DNA of 64,000 nucleotides from Eledone cirrhosa (taxonomy: Eukaryota), in contig OZ024743.1 of the NCBI GenBank assembly GCA_964016885.1, forward strand, positions 251,596,001 through 251,660,000, in the 5' to 3' direction. Of this stretch, positions 37,461 through 51,328 are shown piece after piece. A program made the translations under genes and the position numbers. Position 1 is the first letter of the stretch; every line of letters starts with the position of its first letter. A model generated the notes under the pieces. It worked only from the letters and a program-made list of their open reading frames with translations, was not told the origin of the DNA and did no database searches.

Positions 37461-40400
37461 CATCATCATCATCGTTTAACGTCCAACTTCGACGCTTGCA
37501 TGGGTTTGGATGGGAGTTTTCCCACTTGACGCAAGAATGGTTGTCTTGCTCGCATGTCTGGCGGGTTTTCTACGGCTGGATGCCCTTCCTAACACCAACC
37601 ACGTTTACAGTGTGGACTGGGAGGTTTTTACCGTGTTACCTACACGGCCACATTACAGCATGGACTGTGTTTTATTTTTGTCGTGACACCTACACAACCT
37701 CATTTGTTTCGGACTGGATGTTGTGGTACCAACATGACTTTACATTGAAAGGGGTGGTGTGGATGGGGTAGGGGTAGTGGGACGGGGTGTATATTGTTAG
37801 AGGTGCCTACTGACTGTAGTAGGTTTCACTTTGTACTTAGGTAAGGCGGGTCTTCTGTATTACTGTGTAGCGCCAAAGATCTCGGTCCAGTGACATTGTC
37901 TTGGAGAGGTGTAAGTATGTGAGGTCGGAATTTATCAAGTCGTCCCAGGTTTTTCTGTGTCTGCCTACTCCGTGGCTACCGTCTATTTTTATTGCCCTGC
38001 ACTTTTTTATACAGCCGTCGTTTTTCATGCACATCACGTGACCATACCAACGTAGTCTTCTCTCGAGTAAACAACATCTGATCCCTCTTATTTCTAATTT
38101 TTCCCTTAGTTCGTTTATGCTTTGCCGTTCACGTATATTACTATTACACATCCAGCGGAGCATGCAAGCTTCGTTCCTCTCTAGTCTGCGTATATCCTCT
38201 GCACACAATGCCCAGGTCTCACTGCCATGCAACATTGCTGTTCGTATGCAGGCATTATACAGCCTGCCTTTCATTTTTAGAGAGAACCCTTTAGCGGCTA
38301 ATAGTGGTATAAGCTCTCTGAACTTTTTCCATCCAGTTCTGACTCTAGCTACTGTACTTTCAGAGCACCCTCCACCACTGCTGATTTTGTCACCCAAGTA
38401 ATGGAAGGTGTCCACTATTTCTATAGAACCATCTGTGCAACGGAATCAGCTAGTATTCTGTGGGCACTTGCTACTACATATTGCACCAGAGAACCGGTCA
38501 CATATACAATATATGTTCTTAGTTAGCTTACCTGTGATCCCACTACATCTTTTATGCACCCATACTTTGCATTTGGGACATAAAATGGAGTTTCTAATTA
38601 CTCCTTTCTACACACTGAGCATGGCCATTTCCCGGATGGGACCGGTACCCTATTTTCCTTCCTACAGACTAGAACTTTAGTCTTAGACAGGTTAATTTTA
38701 AGGCCTTTTGATTCTAGGCCATGCTTCCATGTTTGGAATTTCTTCTCTAGTTCGGCCATTGATTCAGCTATGAGCGTTAGATCATCTGCGTATAGGAGTT
38801 CCCATGGGCAACCGGTCTTGAACTCCACTGTTATAGCCTGAAGGGCAATAATAAATAGTAGGGGGCTAAGAACAGAGCCCTGATGAACACCAACTTTTAC
38901 GCTAAACTCTTCACTATATTCGTTGTTAATTCTAACCTTGCTGGCTGTTTCTTTATACTTGGCTTGTATAGCTCTCACAAGCCATTCATCAACACCTAGT
39001 TTTCTAAGAGCCCACCAGATAATGGAACGGGGGATTCTGTCGAAGGCTTACTCCAAGTCGACAAAAGCTAAGTATAGGGGTTTACTTTTAGCTAGGTACT
39101 TCTCCTGTAGTTGTCGTACAATGAAAAGAGCGTCTGTGGTACTTTTACCTGACACAAACCCGAACTGCATTTCATCTAGATCAATTCTCTCTCTGATTAG
39201 TTGCGCTATTACTTTTTCTGTGACCTTCATGACCTGGTCGATTAATTTAATGCCTTTATAGTTACTCCTATCTAGGGCATCTCCTTTACCCTTGTAGCAG
39301 TTAATAATGATGATGCTACGCCAGTCCTTCGGAACAACCCCATTCTGTATGACTTGGTTTACTATCTGGGTGACCATGGTGTGTCCCACCGTTCCAGAAG
39401 CTTTCAGCATTTCAGCAACTATTTCCGAAGGCCCAGCCGCCTTACCCGTCTTCATATCTTTGATTGCCTTACTTATTATACTACCTTCGACTAACCCTGC
39501 TGGTCCCTCTATTGGATCGATGTGGGGGAGACTGTCTTTCTCCCATTTATTCTCCTCATTTAGTAGCCTTTCGTAGTGACACTTCCAAGCTACCTTCTTA
39601 TCAGCGTCAGTGATGGCAAGTACACCATCATCATTAAGGACACACTTCTCCCCGACAATATCACGGTTTTCCTTGACACATTGCCTAGCAATCCTGAACA
39701 CCTCACGTTTTTGGTCCTCGCGTTGTAGAACATGCTTGAACTTTCTTCCTTCTGCTTCCCTTCTTGCGAAGTACACTTGTCTCCTCGCTTCCCTCCTGGC
39801 CACTTGATAGTCTTCTCTACTTCCCCCATCCCGCCATACTTTCCAAGCCTGCTTTTTTACCTTAATTGACTCCTCCACCTTACTATTCCACTACCACGTT
39901 ACTCTCCTCCTGCCTATAGGCCTGCTCCAGTCACAGACTTCGTCTGCCGCCATCAGCAGGTTTGCTTTCAGGAATACCCACTGTTCCTCTATATTGTACG
40001 ACTCTAAATGCTCTTCCTTACTGTCGAAAGCATCAAGTAATATGCTTTTAAATTTATTACTGGTTGTGGGGTGCTTTAGCTTCCATATTTATCTCCTGCG
40101 GATAGTCCTCTTTTGTTGTCGAGTACGTCTCGTCCTGACTATGAGGTCGCTAATTATCAGTCTATGTTGGGAGGTGCATTCTTCATTCATCGGGGGGGGG
40201 GGGGGATTTAGTGTTTACAACAGACACTCTGTCACGTCTTCTGGTAAGGATATAATCTACCTGGCTGGTATGTTCCCCTGATCTGTAGGTGATCAAGTGA
40301 TTGTCTCGTTTTATGAAATTAGTGTTACAGATAGTTAGGTTATTTGCGTCACAGAATTCCAGGATTCTGGAGCCTTCCTCATTTATTCTGTCATTCACTC

Positions 40401-40980
40401 AATTTACATCTATTATCTTATCCACCCATTTCTGCTAACATGATTCCTACCCCACCCATCCCATTGTCATTCCCCACCCAGAAAAGCTTATAGCATCGTT
40501 TTTTACCCACAATGAATCTAGCAGACCCGCCCCTCCATCTGGTCTCTTGGATACAGCAAACATCAACTTCCTTACGTTCAAGCATTTCTACAACCTCGTT
40601 AGAGCGGCCTTTTAAGGTGCCTACATTCATGGTACCAACTCTGAAGTTTTGGATTGCGTTTGGTGTGTGGGGCGCGGGGAGGGGGGAGGGGGATGGAGTT
40701 GGGGTTATATTGGCCATCCGCAGCCGAAACAAAGAGTCCTTGCCCTTTCGTCCGGCAGCATGAGGTGAATTTGTCGTTATCTTTGGCATTGTCTCCGAGT
40801 GTCCAGATTCTTCAGACTCTCCAGAAATTCCTTAGTCCATCCATCATATCGAAAAGCAACCAGGAGAAGTGATAGCGTAGGCCGTTGACTTATGATTGGT
40901 CCAAATAATAATGGTGGAGAGTTGGGGCGGGCGGGAGGGGTATGGGGTAGTTAGCGAGGAGAAGATTATTTAGAACACGA
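37461..40980 (-). mobile_element. RTE-clade LINE, near full length and disrupted
   Basis: APE: VGTMNVGTL, CIQETRW, QVDYIL. RT: KAAGPS, MQFGF, AFVDLE, GVHQGSVLSPLLF, LLYADD, FHYLG, MLHGSETW, RLRWYGHV. (GAT)n tail. Confidence 0.93.
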
Positions 40981-41075
40981 TTATACAGATATATGGATGA
41001 ATGAACCGAAGGGTGGGGAGACAAGAAGATATGTATATATATATGTATATCTATATCTATATATATATCTATATA

Positions 41076-41108
<33 letters not shown>

Positions 41109-41124
41109 GAATATATATATATAT

Positions 41125-41189
<65 letters not shown>

Positions 41190-41567
41190 TATGCATATAT
41201 GTATATATCTGTATATATATATATCTGTATATATATATATATATGTATATATATCTGTATATATATATATATATATATCTGTATATATATATATATATGT
41301 ATATATATCTATATATGTATATATATATGTCTATATATATATATATGTCTATATATATATATGTATATATATGTATATATATATGTATATATATATATGT
41401 ATATATATGTATAATATATGTATATATATGTATATATATATATATGTATATATATGTATATATATGTATATATATATATATATATGCATATAATCTCTCT
41501 ATATATATATGTGTGTATATATATATATGCATATATATATATATATATATTTATATGTATATATATG

Positions 41568-41935
<368 letters not shown>

Positions 41936-41940
41936 TGACA

Positions 41941-42000
<60 letters not shown>

Positions 42001-42051
42001 ATATATATGTATATATATATGTATATATATGTATATATATATATGTTTATA

Positions 42052-42089
<38 letters not shown>

Positions 42090-42197
42090 TATATATATAT
42101 GTATATATATATATATATGTATGTATATATGTATATATATATATATATGTATATATTTGTATATATGTATATATATATATAGATATATGTATATATT

Positions 42198-42255
<58 letters not shown>

Positions 42256-42278
42256 CATATATACATATATATATATAC

Positions 42279-42313
<35 letters not shown>

Positions 42314-42391
42314 TGTATGTATATATGTATATATATATATATATGTATATATTTGTATATATATATATATATATAGATATATGTATATATT

Positions 42392-42435
<44 letters not shown>

Positions 42436-42440
<5 letters not shown>

Positions 42441-42856
42441 ATGAGAAGAAAGAAGAATACTGCGTGGTTGCACATGGGTTACATATGATAAAATTAGTCC
42501 CTCGTCAGTGATTTGCCAACCATCATTGATATTTCATCGCATTAAAAATCAGATACCTCAGGTTGGTGCGAGTAATAACTAAAAAATGCTATTGGGACAA
42601 GTAAATTGCGTAAAGCGAGTGAGACAAGTAAACAACACAGAAGCATATAAATCAACCGAAGATAGGAACATAAACAGGTAACATAGTTATCCGGTCAGCA
42701 TAAGCTGGGTGGATTTCATGAGCGATCAAGATACAGACCGTCCGTGGTGAGTGAGATGTGAGCAAGAGAAGACCCCACTACTAGCCAAACGGGAGGAAGT
42801 GAGAAGGGCAGAAACAGAGTGTGAGTGAGTGGAAGTGCTAGGAAAAGGTCAGTCGA
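42436..42856 (-). mobile_element. Non-coding repeat family C (TA-flanked)
   Basis: Reverse complement of ~44168-44582. Confidence 0.75.
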
Positions 42857-43282
42857 TATATATATATATGTATATATTTGTATATATGTATATATATATG
42901 TGTATATATATATATGTATGTATATATGTATATATGTATATATATATGTATATATATGTATGTATATATATGTATATATTTGTATATGTATATATATATA
43001 TATGTATGTATATATATGTATATATATGTATATGTATATATATATGTGTGTATATATATATATATGTGTGTATGTATGTATATGTACTTATATATCTATA
43101 TATGTATGTATATATGTATATATATATATATGTATATATATGTATGTATATATGTATATATATATATGTATATATATGTATGTATATATATGTATATATA
43201 TGTATGTATATATGTATGCATATGTATGTATATATGTATATATATGTATGTATATATGTATGTATATATGTATATATATAAT

Positions 43283-43427
43283 AATTGTCACAAGTGTAGT
43301 GTTTGTACCAGAGTTTTCAAGTCGCTGGCTGGACTAAAAAGTCACACTTGTTCAGCGCATCGGTAGGGTTCTCCTACATGCATATAAAGTAGTGGCCGTA
43401 CTTGAAAACAAGTTGGCAGCCACCATA
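43283..43427 (+). mobile_element. Extreme 3' end of an RTE-type LINE with a C2H2 finger
   Basis: [25 protein letters not shown]-stop plus short 3'UTR, between microsatellites. Confidence 0.6.
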
Positions 43428-43429
43428 TG

Positions 43430-43464
<35 letters not shown>

Positions 43465-43836
43465 GTATGTATATATATGTATATATATATATGTATATAT
43501 GTATATATATGTATATATGTATATATATGTATATATATATATGTATATGTATATATGTATATATGTGTATATATATACATATATATGTATTTATATATGT
43601 GTATACATGTATGTATATTTATGTATATATGTATATATATATATGTACATATGTGTATATATGTATGTATATATATATATATCTATTTATATATATGTAT
43701 ACATGTATGTGTATATGTATATATGTATATATGTATGTATACATGTATGTATATATATGTATGTATACATGTATGTCTATATATATATATGTATATATAT
43801 ATATACATGTATGTATTTATATATATATATATAAAA

Positions 43837-44585
43837 TGGTTTGCTTTTATCCTTCTATGTTGTTCACTTGTCCCCCTCGCTATACGCGATTTATTGGTCC
43901 CAACAATTTTTTTTTAGTTATTGCTCGCACCAACCTGAGGTATATGATTTTTAATGCGATGAAATACCAATGATGGTTGGAAAATCACTGACGAAGGACT
44001 ATTTTTATCATAAGTAACCCATGTGCAACCACGCAGTATTCTTCTTTCTTCTCATGTTTTTTATATATATTTACCACGGCTGCTTTTGTCTGTTTCTCTC
44101 TTACTGCTTCCCCGTTCTCTCTGTTTCTCTCACCTTCTTTTGCCCCCTCTGTCAGTTACACTTTCTCTCGACTGACCGCTTCCTCGCACTTCCACTCACT
44201 CACTCTCTGTTTCTCCCCTTCTCTCTTCCTCCCGTTTGGCTTACAGTGGGTCTCTTCTTGCTTACATCTCACTCACGTCGGACGTCTGTACCTTTCGCTC
44301 ATGAAATCCACCCAGCTTATGCTAACCAGGACTACCATGTTGCTTGTTTTTTTCCTTCCTTTGGTTTGCTTTTATCCTTCTATGTTGTTCACTTGTCCCC
44401 CTCGCTTTACGTGATTTACTGGTCCCAATAACTGTTTTTAGTTATTGCTCGCACCAACCTGATGTATATGATTTTTAATGCAATGAAATACCAATGATGG
44501 TTGGAAAATTACTGACGAAGGACTATTTTTATCATATGTAACCCATGTGCAACTACGTAGTATTCTTCTTTCTTCTCATGTTTTT

Positions 44586-44586
<1 letters not shown>
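43837..44586 (+). mobile_element. Family C island with ~225-bp terminal direct repeat (period ~525)
   Basis: ggtttgcttttatccttctatg at 43838 and 44363; both copies end ttcttctcatgtttttt. Confidence 0.8.
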
Positions 44587-44653
<67 letters not shown>

Positions 44654-44796
44654 AATATGTCTGTGTGTATATATATGTGTGTATATATATATATAAATAT
44701 GTCTATATATACATATATATATATATTTATATATATATATGTGTATATATATATGTGTATATATATATGTATTTATATATATATATATATATATAA

Positions 44797-44850
<54 letters not shown>

Positions 44851-44882
44851 TTATATATATATGCGATATATATATATACATG

Positions 44883-44966
<84 letters not shown>

Positions 44967-45679
44967 TGTGTGTGTATGTTAAAATTTATGGGATGTCGAA
45001 AATGATTCAATTTTTCCCCTATTCCAAAACTCGATGAAGATCCTGTTACCTTTTGATCACTGTTCAACAAAGATGAAACAATCCTCATGTTTCACTATAT
45101 TTTCATATTTTGATAAAGTTATATTGATATATTTTTATATTTATAGTTTCTTTTAATATCGCTATGTTCAGTCTTATGTTGTTATGTTAGGTTATTCCGC
45201 ATTACAAAATATCAACCAAGGAAAACAACAACTGTAGCAGAAACTGAACAAATCCACCTAATAAAACAGACGGATAGGCAAATTGACAGATGGACATGTT
45301 ATTTGATCAATCCTTCTTTCTATATATTCTATATACTTACTGGCCTTAATGGTATGCTTTTCATCATTTTCATCCTCATCTATGCTATCATTGTACTCAC
45401 CACCACAATCATCATCATCATCATCATAATTATCACTGTCTTAATCTACATTACTATCATGATCATGATGATGATCATCATAATATTATTCATCAGCATC
45501 ATTACCACCAACGTGATCATCATTATTGCCCCCACCACAAATGTCATCATCACAATCATCCACTTCATCATCGCAATCCTTCTCTCCATCGTATTGTCAT
45601 CACAATCCCCATCATAATATTCGTCATCATCATTGCTACCAACACCATCATCGTAATTATCAACCGTCCTTTTCATCAT

Positions 45680-48600
45680 CACAATCCTTTCTCTCCATCG
45701 TCATCACAATCCTTCTCTCCATCGTCATCACAATCCTTCTCTCCATCGTCATCACAATCCTTCTCTCCATCGTCATCACAATCCCTCTCTCCATCGTCAT
45801 CACAATCCTTCTCTCCATCGTCATCACAATCCTTCTCTCCATCGCCATCACAATCCTTCTCTCCATCGTCATCACATATCCTTCTCTCCATCGTCATCAC
45901 AATCCTTCTCTCCATCTTCATCACAATCCTTCTCGCCATCGTCATCACAATCCTTCTCTCCATCGTCATCACAATCCTTCTCTCCATCGTCATCACAATC
46001 ATTCTCTCCATCGTCATCACATTTCCTTCTCTCCATCGTCATCACAATCCTTCTCTCCATCGTCATCACAATCCTTCTCTCCATCGTCATCACAATCCTT
46101 CTCTCCATTGTCATCACAATCCTTCTCTCCATCGTCATCACAATCCTTCTCTCCATCGTCATCACAATCCTTCCCTCCATCGTCATCACAATCCTTCTCT
46201 CCATTGTCATCACAATCCTTCTCTCCATCGTCATCACATATCCTTCTCTCCATCGTCATCACAATCCTTCTCTCCATCGTCATCACAATCCTTCTCTCCA
46301 TCGTCATCACAATCCTTCTCTCCATCGTCATCACATATCCTTCTCTCCATCGTCATCACAATCCTTCTCTCCATCGTCATCACATATCCTTCTCTCCATC
46401 GTCATCACATATGCTTCTCTCCATCGTCATCACAATCCTTCTCTCCATCGTCATCACAATCCTTATCTCCATCGTCATCACAATCCTTCTCTCCATCGTC
46501 ATCACATATCCTTCTCTCCATCGTCATCACAATCCTTCTCTCCATCGTCATCACAATCCTTCTCTCCATCGTCATCACAATCCTTCTCTCCATCGTCATC
46601 ACAATCCTTCTCTCCATCGTCATCACAATCCTTCTCTCCATTGTCATCACAATCCTTCTCTCCATCGTCATCACAATCCTTCTCTCCATCGTCATCACAA
46701 TCCTTCCCTCCATCGTCATCACATATCCTTCTCTCCATTGTCATCACAATACTTCTCTCCATCGTCATCAGAATCCTTCTCTCCATCGTCATCACAATCC
46801 TTCCCTCCATCGTCATCACATATCCTTCTCTCCATCGTCATCACAATCCTTCTCTCCATCGTCATCACATATCCTTCTCTCCATCGTCATCACAATCCTT
46901 CTCTCCATCGTCATCACAATCCTTCCCTCCATCGTCATCACATATCCTTCTCTCCATTGTCAGGACAATCCTTCTCTCCATCGTCATCACAATCCTTCTC
47001 TCCATCGTCATCACAATCCTTCCCTCCATCGTCATCACATATCCTTCTCTCCATCGTCATCACAATCCTTCTCTCCATCGTCATCACATTTCCTTCTCTC
47101 CATCGTCATCACAATCCTTCTCTCCATCGTCATCACAATCCTTCTCTCCATCGTCATCACAATCCTTCTCTCCATCGTCATCACATATCCTTCTCTCCAT
47201 CGTCATCACATATCCTTCTCTCCATCGTCATCACAATCCTTCTCTCCATCGTCATCACATTTCCTTCTCTCCATCGTCATCACAATCCTTCTCTCCATCG
47301 TCATCACAATCCTTCTCTCCATCGTCATCACAATCCTTCTCTCCATCGTCATCACAATCCTTCTCTCCATCGTCATCACAATCCTTCTCTCCATCGTCAT
47401 CACAATTCTTCTCTCCATCGTCATCACAATCCTTCCCTCCATCGTCATCACAATCCTTCTCTCCATCGTCATCACAATCCTTCTCTCCATCGTCATCACA
47501 ATCCTTCTCTCCATCGTCATCACATATCCTTCCCTCCATCGTCATCACAATCCTTCTCTCCATCATCATCACAATCCTTCTCTCCATCGTCATCACAATC
47601 CTTCTCTCCATCGTCATCACAATCCTTCTCTCCATCGTCATCACAATCCTTCTCTCCATCGCCATCACAATCCTTCTCTCCATCGTCATCACATATCCTT
47701 CTCTCCATCGTCATCACAATCCTTCTCTCCATCTTCATCACAATCCTTCTCGCCATCGTCATCACAATCCTTCTCTCCATCGTCATCACAATCCTTCTCT
47801 CCATCGTCATCACAATCATTCTCTCCATCGTCATCACATTTCCTTCTCTCCATCGTCATCACAATCCTTCTCTCCATCGTCATCACAATCCTTCTCTCCA
47901 TCGTCATCACAATCCTTCTCTCCATTGTCATCACAATCCTTCTCCTCATCGTCATCAACATCCTTCTCTCCATCGTCATCACAATCCTTCCCTCCATCGT
48001 CATCACATATCCTTCTCTCCATCGTCATCACAATCCTTCTCTCCATCGTCATCACATTTCCTTCTCTCCATCGTCATCACAATCCTTCTCTCCATCGTCA
48101 TCACAATCCTTCTCTCCATTGTCATCACAATCCTTCTCTCCATCGTCATCACAATCCTTCCCTCCATCGTCATCACATATCCTTCTCTCCATTGTCATCA
48201 CAATCCTTCTCTCCATCGTCATCACAATCCTTCTCTCCATCGTCATCACAATCCTTCTCTCCATCGTCATCACAATCCTTCTCTCCATTGTCATCACAAT
48301 CCTTCTCTCCATCGTCATCACAATCCTTCTCTCCATCGTCATCACAATCCTTCTCTCCATCGTCATCACAATCCTTCTCTCCATCGTCATCACAATCCTT
48401 CTCTCCATTGTCATCACAATCCTTCTCTCCATCGTCATCACAATCCTTCTCTCCATCGTCATCACAATCCTTCTCTCCATCGTCATCACAATCCTTCTCT
48501 CCATCGTCATCACAATCCTTCTCTCCATTGTCATCACAATCCTTCTCTCCATCGTCATCACAATCCTTCTCTCCATCGTCATCACAATCCTTCTCTCCAT

Positions 48601-50786
48601 CGTCATCACAATCCTTCTCTCCATCGTCATCAAAATCCTTCTCTCCATCGTCATCACAATCCTTCTCTCCATTGTCATCACAATCCTTCTCTCCATTGTC
48701 ATCACAATCCTTCTCTCCATCGTCATCACAATCCTTCTCTCCATCGTCATCACAATCCTTCTCTCCATCGTCATCACATTTCCTTCTCTCCATCGTCATC
48801 ACAATCCTTCTCTCCATCGACATCACAATCCTTCTCTCCATCGTCATCACATATCCTTCTCTCCATCGTCATCACATATGCTTCTCTCCATCGTCATCAC
48901 AATCCTTCTCTCCATCGTCATCACAATCCTTCTCTCCATCGTCATCACAATCCTTCTCTCCATCGTCATCACAATCCTTCTCTCCATCGTCATCACAATC
49001 CTTCTCTCCATCGTCATCACAATCCTTCTCTCCATCGTCATCACATATCCTTCTCTCCATCGTCATCACATATGCTTCTCTCCATCGTCATCACAATCCT
49101 TCTCTCCATTGTCATCACAATCCTTCTCTCCATCGTCATCACAATCCTTCTCTCCATCGTCATCACAATCCTTCTCTCCATCGTCATCACAATCCTTCTC
49201 TCCATCGTCATCACAATCCTTCTCTCCATTGTCATCACAATCCTTCTCTCCATCGTCATCACAATCCTTCTCTCCATTGTCATCACAATCCTTCTCTCCA
49301 TCGTCATCACAATCCTTCTCTCCATCGTCATCACAATCCTTCTCTCCATCGTCATCACATTTCCTTCTCTCCATCGTCATCACAATCCTTCTCTCCATCG
49401 TCATCACAATCCTTCTCTCCATCGTCATCACAATCCTTCTCTCCATCGTCATCACATATCCTTCTCTCCATCGTCATCACATATGCTTCTCTCCATCGTC
49501 ATCACAATCCTTCTCTCCATCGTCATCACAATCCTTCTCTCCATCGTCATCACAATCCTTCTCTCCATCGTCATCACATATCCTTCTCTCCATCGTCATC
49601 ACATATCCTTCTCTCCATCGTCATCACAATCCTTCTCTCCATCGTCATCACAATCCTTATCTCCATTGTCATCACAATCCTTCTCTCCATCGTCATCACA
49701 TTTCCTTCTCTCCATCGTCATCACAATCCTTCTCTCCATCGTCATCACATAACCTTCTCTCCATCGTCATCACAATCCTTCTCTCCATCGTCATCACAAT
49801 CCTTATCTCCATTGTCATCACAATCCTTCTCTCCATCGTCATCACATTTCCTTCTCTCCATCGTCATCACAATCCTTCTCTCCATCATCATCACAATCCT
49901 TCTCTCCATCGTCATCACAATTCTTCTCTCCATCGTCATCACATTTCCTTCTCTCCATCGTCATCACAATCCTTCTCTCCATCGTCATCACAATCCTTCT
50001 CTCCATCGTCATCACAATTCTTCTCTCCATCGTCATCACAATTCTTCTCTCCATCGTCATCACAATCCTTCTCTCCATCGTCTTCACAATCCTTCTCTCC
50101 ATTGTCATCACATTTCCTTCTCTCCATCGTCATCACAATCCTTCTCTCCATCGTCATCACAATCCTTCTCTCCATCGTCATCACAATCCTTCTCTCCATC
50201 GTCATCACAATCCTTCTCTCCATTGTCATCACAATCCTTCTCTCCATCGTCATCACAATCCTTCTCTCCATCGTCATCACATTTCCTTCTCTCCATCGTC
50301 ATCACAATCCTTCTCTCCATCGTCATCACAATCCTTCTCTCCATCGTCATCACAATCCTTCTCTCCATCGTCATCACATTTCCTTCTCTCCATCGTCATC
50401 ACAATCCTTCTCTCCATCGTCATCACAATCCTTCTCTCCATTGTCATCACAATCCTTCTCTCCATCGTCATCACAATCCTTCTCTCCATCGTCATCACAA
50501 TCCTTCTCTCCATCGTCATCACAATCCTTCTCTCCATTGTCATCACAATCCTTCTCTCCATCGTCATCACAATCCTTCTCTCCATCGTCATCACAATCCT
50601 TCCCTCCATCGTCATCACAATCCTTCTCTCCATCGTCATCACATTTCCTTCTCTCCATCGTCATCACAATCCTTCTCTCCATCGTCATCACAATCCTTCT
50701 CTCCATCGTCATCACAATCCTTCTCTCCATCGTCATCACAATCCTTCTCTCCATCGTCATCACAATCCTTCTCTCCATCGTCATCA
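45680..50786. repeat. 24-bp satellite (ccttctctccatcgtcatcacaat)n, about 210 units, with 25-bp variants
   Basis: Directly visible; flanked by degenerate (CAT)n at 45360-45680 and 50786-50850. Confidence 0.97.
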
Positions 50787-51188
50787 TAATGATCACCGCC
50801 AGCACCAACATCATCATCATCATCCTCAGCAGCAGCACTATCATCGCCATTTTTAAGTAAATAAGAATTTGGAAGGATTTAGTAAAATAATTTATCTGGT
50901 GTTTGGAGCTTAACTTGACAATGGTTCCTTATATAAAAGTATGAGGAAAGGATTTTAGATAAAAATAAATGCTTTCAAACACTTTTGTTCCATGCAAATG
51001 GGTGGCTTTAAGCAATTTAGTATGAAAAGGGTGTGACAACATGGAAAAATCAGTACAAACCTGGTTACTATTGGTTAATATAGTATATATATACATGTAT
51101 ATTTTTTTTTATATTACTCAAAATACAGATACGTGTTATCATCATCATCATCATTTAACATCCATCTTCTATGCTAGCATGGGTGTTA

Positions 51189-51229
<41 letters not shown>

Positions 51230-51270
51230 GTGCATATGTATGTATATATATATAAATGTGCATGTGTGTG

Positions 51271-51328
<58 letters not shown>

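Noticed and set aside
45680-50786. CRISPR-like periodicity
   Set aside because: No unique spacers, no cas genes, eukaryotic context.
45526-50860. ORFs of 1408, 1382 and 913 aa
   Set aside because: Produced by a stop-free 24-bp satellite; three overlapping frames are open and switch peptide at 25-bp variants, which argues against coding.
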